Origin: Narcine bancroftii | Lineage: Eukaryota | NCBI RefSeq assembly: GCF_036971445.1 | Contig: NC_091476.1 | Coordinates: 6,572,001-6,636,000, forward strand | Direction: 5' to 3' | Length of the DNA: 64,000 nt | Shown: piece by piece, positions 59,557-64,000 of the stretch | Numbering within the stretch: the first letter of the stretch is position 1 | Layout of the letters: every line of letters begins with the position of its first letter | Program-made: the position numbers and the translations under genes | The notes under the pieces: model-generated | Seen by the model: only the letters and a program-made list of their open reading frames with translations | Database searches by the model: none | Told to the model about the DNA's origin: nothing

Positions 59557-60048
59557 GGATTATTCACCAGGCTGATACCTGGAATTGCAGGAATGACTTA
59601 TGAGGAAAGATTGTGCAAATTGGGATTGTACTCGCTGGAGTTTAGAAGATTGAGTGGGGATCTCATAGAGTCATATAAAATTCTGGCAGGACTGGACAGA
59701 ATGGATGCAGATGGGATGTTTCCAAGGATGGGAAAATCCAGAACCCGGGGCCATGGTTTGAGGATAATAGGCAAACCATTTAGGACCGAGATGAGGAGGA
59801 ATTTCTTTACCCAGAGGGTGGTGAATCTTTGGAATTCATTGCCACAGAGGGCAGTAAAGGCAGGTTCATTAAATCTATTTAAGAGGGAATTAGATCTATT
59901 TCTTCAGTATAAGGGTATTAAAGGTTACGGAGAGAAGGCGGGGACGGGGTACTGAACTTTAAGATCAGCCATGATCTCGTTGAATGGCGGAGCAGGCTCG
60001 AAGGGTCGAATGACCTACTCCTGCTCCTATCTTCTATGTTTCTATGTT
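59557..60048 (+). mobile_element. CR1 LINE 3' fragment
   Basis: YEERL.KLGLYSLEFRRL.GDLIE.YKIL...FFTQRVVNLWNSLP; (ttctatgt)n tail. Confidence 0.9.
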
Positions 60049-60801
60049 TACCCATCTTCAGCAAAGGCTGTGGCAAGGAAATCAATGACTTTATGTTCTC
60101 CCTGTGATACCCACTGCTCTTGCCAAATAAGTGACCTATATTTAGTTGTATTAATTGATTATAGTGTTTTTGCTTTTGGTAGCTTTGTAGCACATTGCAA
60201 TAGATATGGGGGGTGGGGGGGGGGGGGAAGGGGGAATAAAAACTAGGAGCGTTTGCATCCAGTGTTACTTTCTCAGCACTCTACAGTGCCAGCCTAGACC
60301 TTGTGATTTATTCCTTTTTAGAGAAGGCATAAGGCTGTTTTTCCTCCTTTCAATCAATGTGACTACAGTAAAACTGGCTTGAAAATCGCGGAAAATAAAT
60401 GGGTAAAAAATACGGAAGTTTAAAATTAGTGTGCCTCTGCATCAAATCATACAAGTAACCAGAAAATACATTTATCTGTCATTTACCAATCCTCATAGGT
60501 GTCAGATACTGTGTTTTGAGGGAAAAAAATGTCTTTAGTGCTCCCTTGTTTGTAGGACATTCTGTGCACCTTGGCTGCCTGCATTACAATAGTTCATGGG
60601 CTGCAAAGCATTTTTAAGTTCAACTTTTTTCTTGTGCACAATGATGATAATTTATAGTTTTGAATGTCTCTAAAATAGTTAAAGAAAATATGTGAAGTGT
60701 GTAATTTGAGTTAAAGTCAACAGGAAAGTCTGCAGACACAGAAACTCGAGCACTTTTGTGTAAATGAACTAACTGATTTTTTTCCCTATCTACTTGCATA
60801 G

Positions 60802-60900
60802 GATAGCAGAACAGCTTTACATTGGGCATGCTCAGCCGGACACAAGGACATTGTAGACTTTCTGCTAAACCTTGGAGTGCCAGTAGATCCTAAAGATGAT
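60802..60900 (+). CDS. PSMD10: PSMD10 exon 2 (DSRTALHWACSAGHKDIVDFLLNLGVPVDPKDD); gene continues beyond the window
   Basis: tag|...|gtgagt, 99 nt = one ankyrin repeat (TALHWA..GH..IV..LL). Confidence 0.96.
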
Positions 60901-61234
60901 GTGAGTTGAGTTGATTAATGCTTCTGCAACTATTCCTTTTTGTCTATAGCTGCTGTCCATTTTAAAATTCACATTCACCTTCCCATTTTTGTACACTGTC
61001 ATTCCAAAACCATCCACGATCACTTACTTCATTCACTTCCAGTTTCTTGCCCACTCTCATTCTTCTAATGCTCAGTATGCTTTCTGTCTAGCCCAAGAGT
61101 TCTGTATCCTCTAACTGCCTTAATACAGCTCAGAGGAGACCCAAATTGATAACTATCTGATGACAAAGTTTTTGGTTACCTAGTGTTGCCAATTTTGTGC
61201 CTTAAAATTAAATGTGTATTTGAATCCTGAATTG

Positions 61235-62242
61235 CCTCAACTCCAGACCACAATCAGTGAAGATTGGTAAGAACATCTCCTCCAGAATCTCATCAATACT
61301 GGAGTACCACAGGACTGGATTCTTAGCTCCCCTGATCTACTCACTTTACACCTACGACAATAACACCTTCTACAAATTTGCCAACAATACCACGGTAGTG
61401 GGTTGTATAAAGAAAGGTAATAAGTCAATATACAGAAGGAAGATTGAAAACTTGGCTAAATGGTGCTCCAACAACAACCTTGCACTCAATGACACCAAAA
61501 CTAAGGAGCTTATTGTTGACTTCAGGAAGGGAAAGCCAGAGGTTATACAATTCAGTGATCATTGGGGATCAGATATGAAGAGGGGAGGCAAATTTAAGTT
61601 CTCAGAGGTTCTTTCCTGGACACAACACACTAATGGCATCATGAAGAAAGCACGTGAGCGCCTCTACTTCCTCAGGAGCCTGCAGAGGTTTGGTATGACG
61701 TCGGACACCCTGGCAAATTTCTACAGAGGTGTGGTGGAAAGTGTGCTGACCGGCATCACGGTCTAATATGTGGACACCAATAACCCTGAGCATAAAGCCC
61801 TCCAAAAAGTAGTGAATACAGCCGAGGGCATCACACGCAAAACCCTCCCCACTATCGAAAACATCTAGAGGGAATGCCGCCACTGGAGAGCAGCAGCAAT
61901 CATCAGAATCCACCCCACCCAGCACACGCTCTGTTCTCGCTGCTCCCATCAGGAAAGAGGTCTCGGTGCCACAAGACTCGCACCACCAGGTTCAGAAACC
62001 GCTGCTACCCCTCAACAACAAACTCAATTATGGACTCTTACTTGTACACTTTATTCAATTAAAAAAAAAAAAAATTTTTTGCATTGCGCAGTCAGTTTTT
62101 TTTACATATATACACAGTGTGTACAGTTTTTTTTGCAATAGCAATAAGTGGATTTCTGCCTCACCTGCAGTTAAAAGAATCTCAGGGTTGTATGTGATGT
62201 TATGTATGAATTTTGACCAGAAATCGGATCTGAATCTGAACA
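61235..62242 (+). mobile_element. Rex1/Babar-like LINE 3' part
   Basis: L.PL.YSLYTYD...YKFANNTTVVG...WCSNNNLALN.TKTKELIVDFRK...LYFLRSL; (tctgaa)n tail. Confidence 0.85.
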
Positions 62243-64000
62243 TCTAAATGTCGTGGACTATCTTTACTATTACATATGGTTTACAAATGAAAGAAATTTT
62301 CACTTGTACAATCACAATAAAATTGATGGCATTCAACCATTAAAATTACAGAAAGCCCCAGATTTCCATACATCTGTTGTGAGATTGGATATACTCAATC
62401 TGCTCTGAGACCGCCAGCAGTGCCAAGTTTGTTGCAGGATAGACCCAATAGATTTCACTGGAAGGTATAACACAAAGATTTAAGAAATCAGGTTGTTCAA
62501 TTTTAAGCCCTGCTTTTTAAAACTATTTTTCAAGATTCCTTTATTGTCATGTAATAAAAACAGTGCAATATTATACTGAATTTGCTTTCACCTGCCTCAT
62601 ACAGTCAGAAAAAGAAGCAAAAGAGAGTCTCCAAGTTATAATGAGCACGCAGTCTTTGGGAACAGCAGAGATCCCATTTGTAGAGAATTCAGGTAATTCA
62701 CCTTATTGGAACTTGGAATTTCTGATGTAAGGCATCCAGCCATGATATTGGCTCAATTTTTCTCGAGCCATTCGCACATCCTGCCTAGCATTTCACAGAC
62801 CCGCAGAGAAATGCACTTCAGCACAATTGAAGCTCCCTTTTTGCAACCTCACACTCCAGCTGCTCCCATTTAAAATGTTGACTTGAAACACAGATGCTGA
62901 AAACCAAAAATAAAACCAGCTGGAAATATTCAACAGTCTCAGACGCACTCTTCTGGAGAGGAATGGAGTTAAACGCAAATTGTCTTCCCCTCTTTTCTAG
63001 TTCTTCAAAGGGTGTTTGACTTGAAATGTTAAACCTGTTTCACTTTCCACGGGCACTGCATGACTTGCTGAGCTTTTCCATCAGCTTCTGTTTTGAGTTC
63101 AGAATTTCAGTATTGTTTTGATATTCAAATTAAATTTGTTGTTATAATAACTGAACAATGGCACTAATACTACATATTTAACATTACATAATTTTAGGCC
63201 TTTATTAACATCATAAAGGACTGTCAGCTATAGTGTGAATGTCCATCAGTCTCCAATATGCAGCCTCCAGTAGAATTCTGTTTTCCCAATTCATCTTTAT
63301 CTCTTTAATTTTCTCTGACTTGGTTCTCATTTTGGTCAAATAATGATATTTGGTGAGAAATGCGCCATCCTTTTCAAAAACACTTTGGTACGTGCATTTT
63401 CAGTCACATTAGGCATCCCCTTTTGCTTCTTAAGTGAGTAAAACATGAGAGTGCAGATGCCATGACTGAAGTAAAAACACAATGCTGGAAAAACTCAGCA
63501 GGTCGAACAGCGAACTTTATTAGAGCAAAGATAAGGATTCATTTCCAGGCCTGAGCCCTTCGTCAAAGGATGAACAAAATGTAGCCAGGCAACTGGTAGG
63601 TTAATTGACTGCTGTAAATTGCACCTGTTATGTAGAATTCATGGAAGTTGATGAGAATGTGGGAAGAATAAAATGTGGATCTGTTTCTGCCTGTATTTCT
63701 CTGTGAGTCAATGACCATTTTCAAAAAAGACACTTGCATGAACAATTTCCTGCTTTGTAATGCAGAAGTGTTCAATTATAGGGAAAGAATCTTATTTGTA
63801 ACATTTTATATTCTTTTAATAACCGAGTGCTGGAGGGAATTGAATGGTTTTTATGGGGCACATTAAAAGGAAGAGGAGAACTTGTATCCAGTTATAACAT
63901 CTGACTTAGAATGTCCTCTTACTAGGAAGGCATAAATCTGACAACAGAAGAAATTTTCAATGTTACCATATTTTAACAAATGATTGGAAGGTCAGTTTCT

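Overview
This is vertebrate genomic DNA, most likely a cartilaginous fish (inferred from the CR1/RTE/Rex-Babar/V-SINE/hAT-MITE repeat mix), not a prokaryote. I assembled three intron-containing genes by hand from splice sites and reading phase. (1) A complete 13-exon ATG4A on the minus strand (CDS 56012->13400, 1182 nt, 393 aa). (2) The first two coding exons of PSMD10/gankyrin on the plus strand, head-to-head with ATG4A across a ~490-bp CpG-rich bidirectional promoter. (3) The first three exons of a BAFF/APRIL-family TNF ligand (probably BALM) on the minus strand, just downstream of ATG4A and running off the left edge. The ORF track shows only its first exon. The most unusual feature is a 36-bp x24 tandem array built from the ATG4A exon 8/intron 8 junction. 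Each unit carries the exon 3' end plus a non-canonical GC 5' splice site, giving 23 intact in-frame donors that could add 0-23 copies of a 12-aa segment to the protease core. Other points of note: a motif-dense CpG-retaining intronic element, a 280-bp inverted duplication, a 28S rRNA-derived fragment and a 5'-intact, 3'-truncated L1. Exon coordinates are base-resolved. Repeat boundaries are approximate, and family names come from recognition, not database searches.
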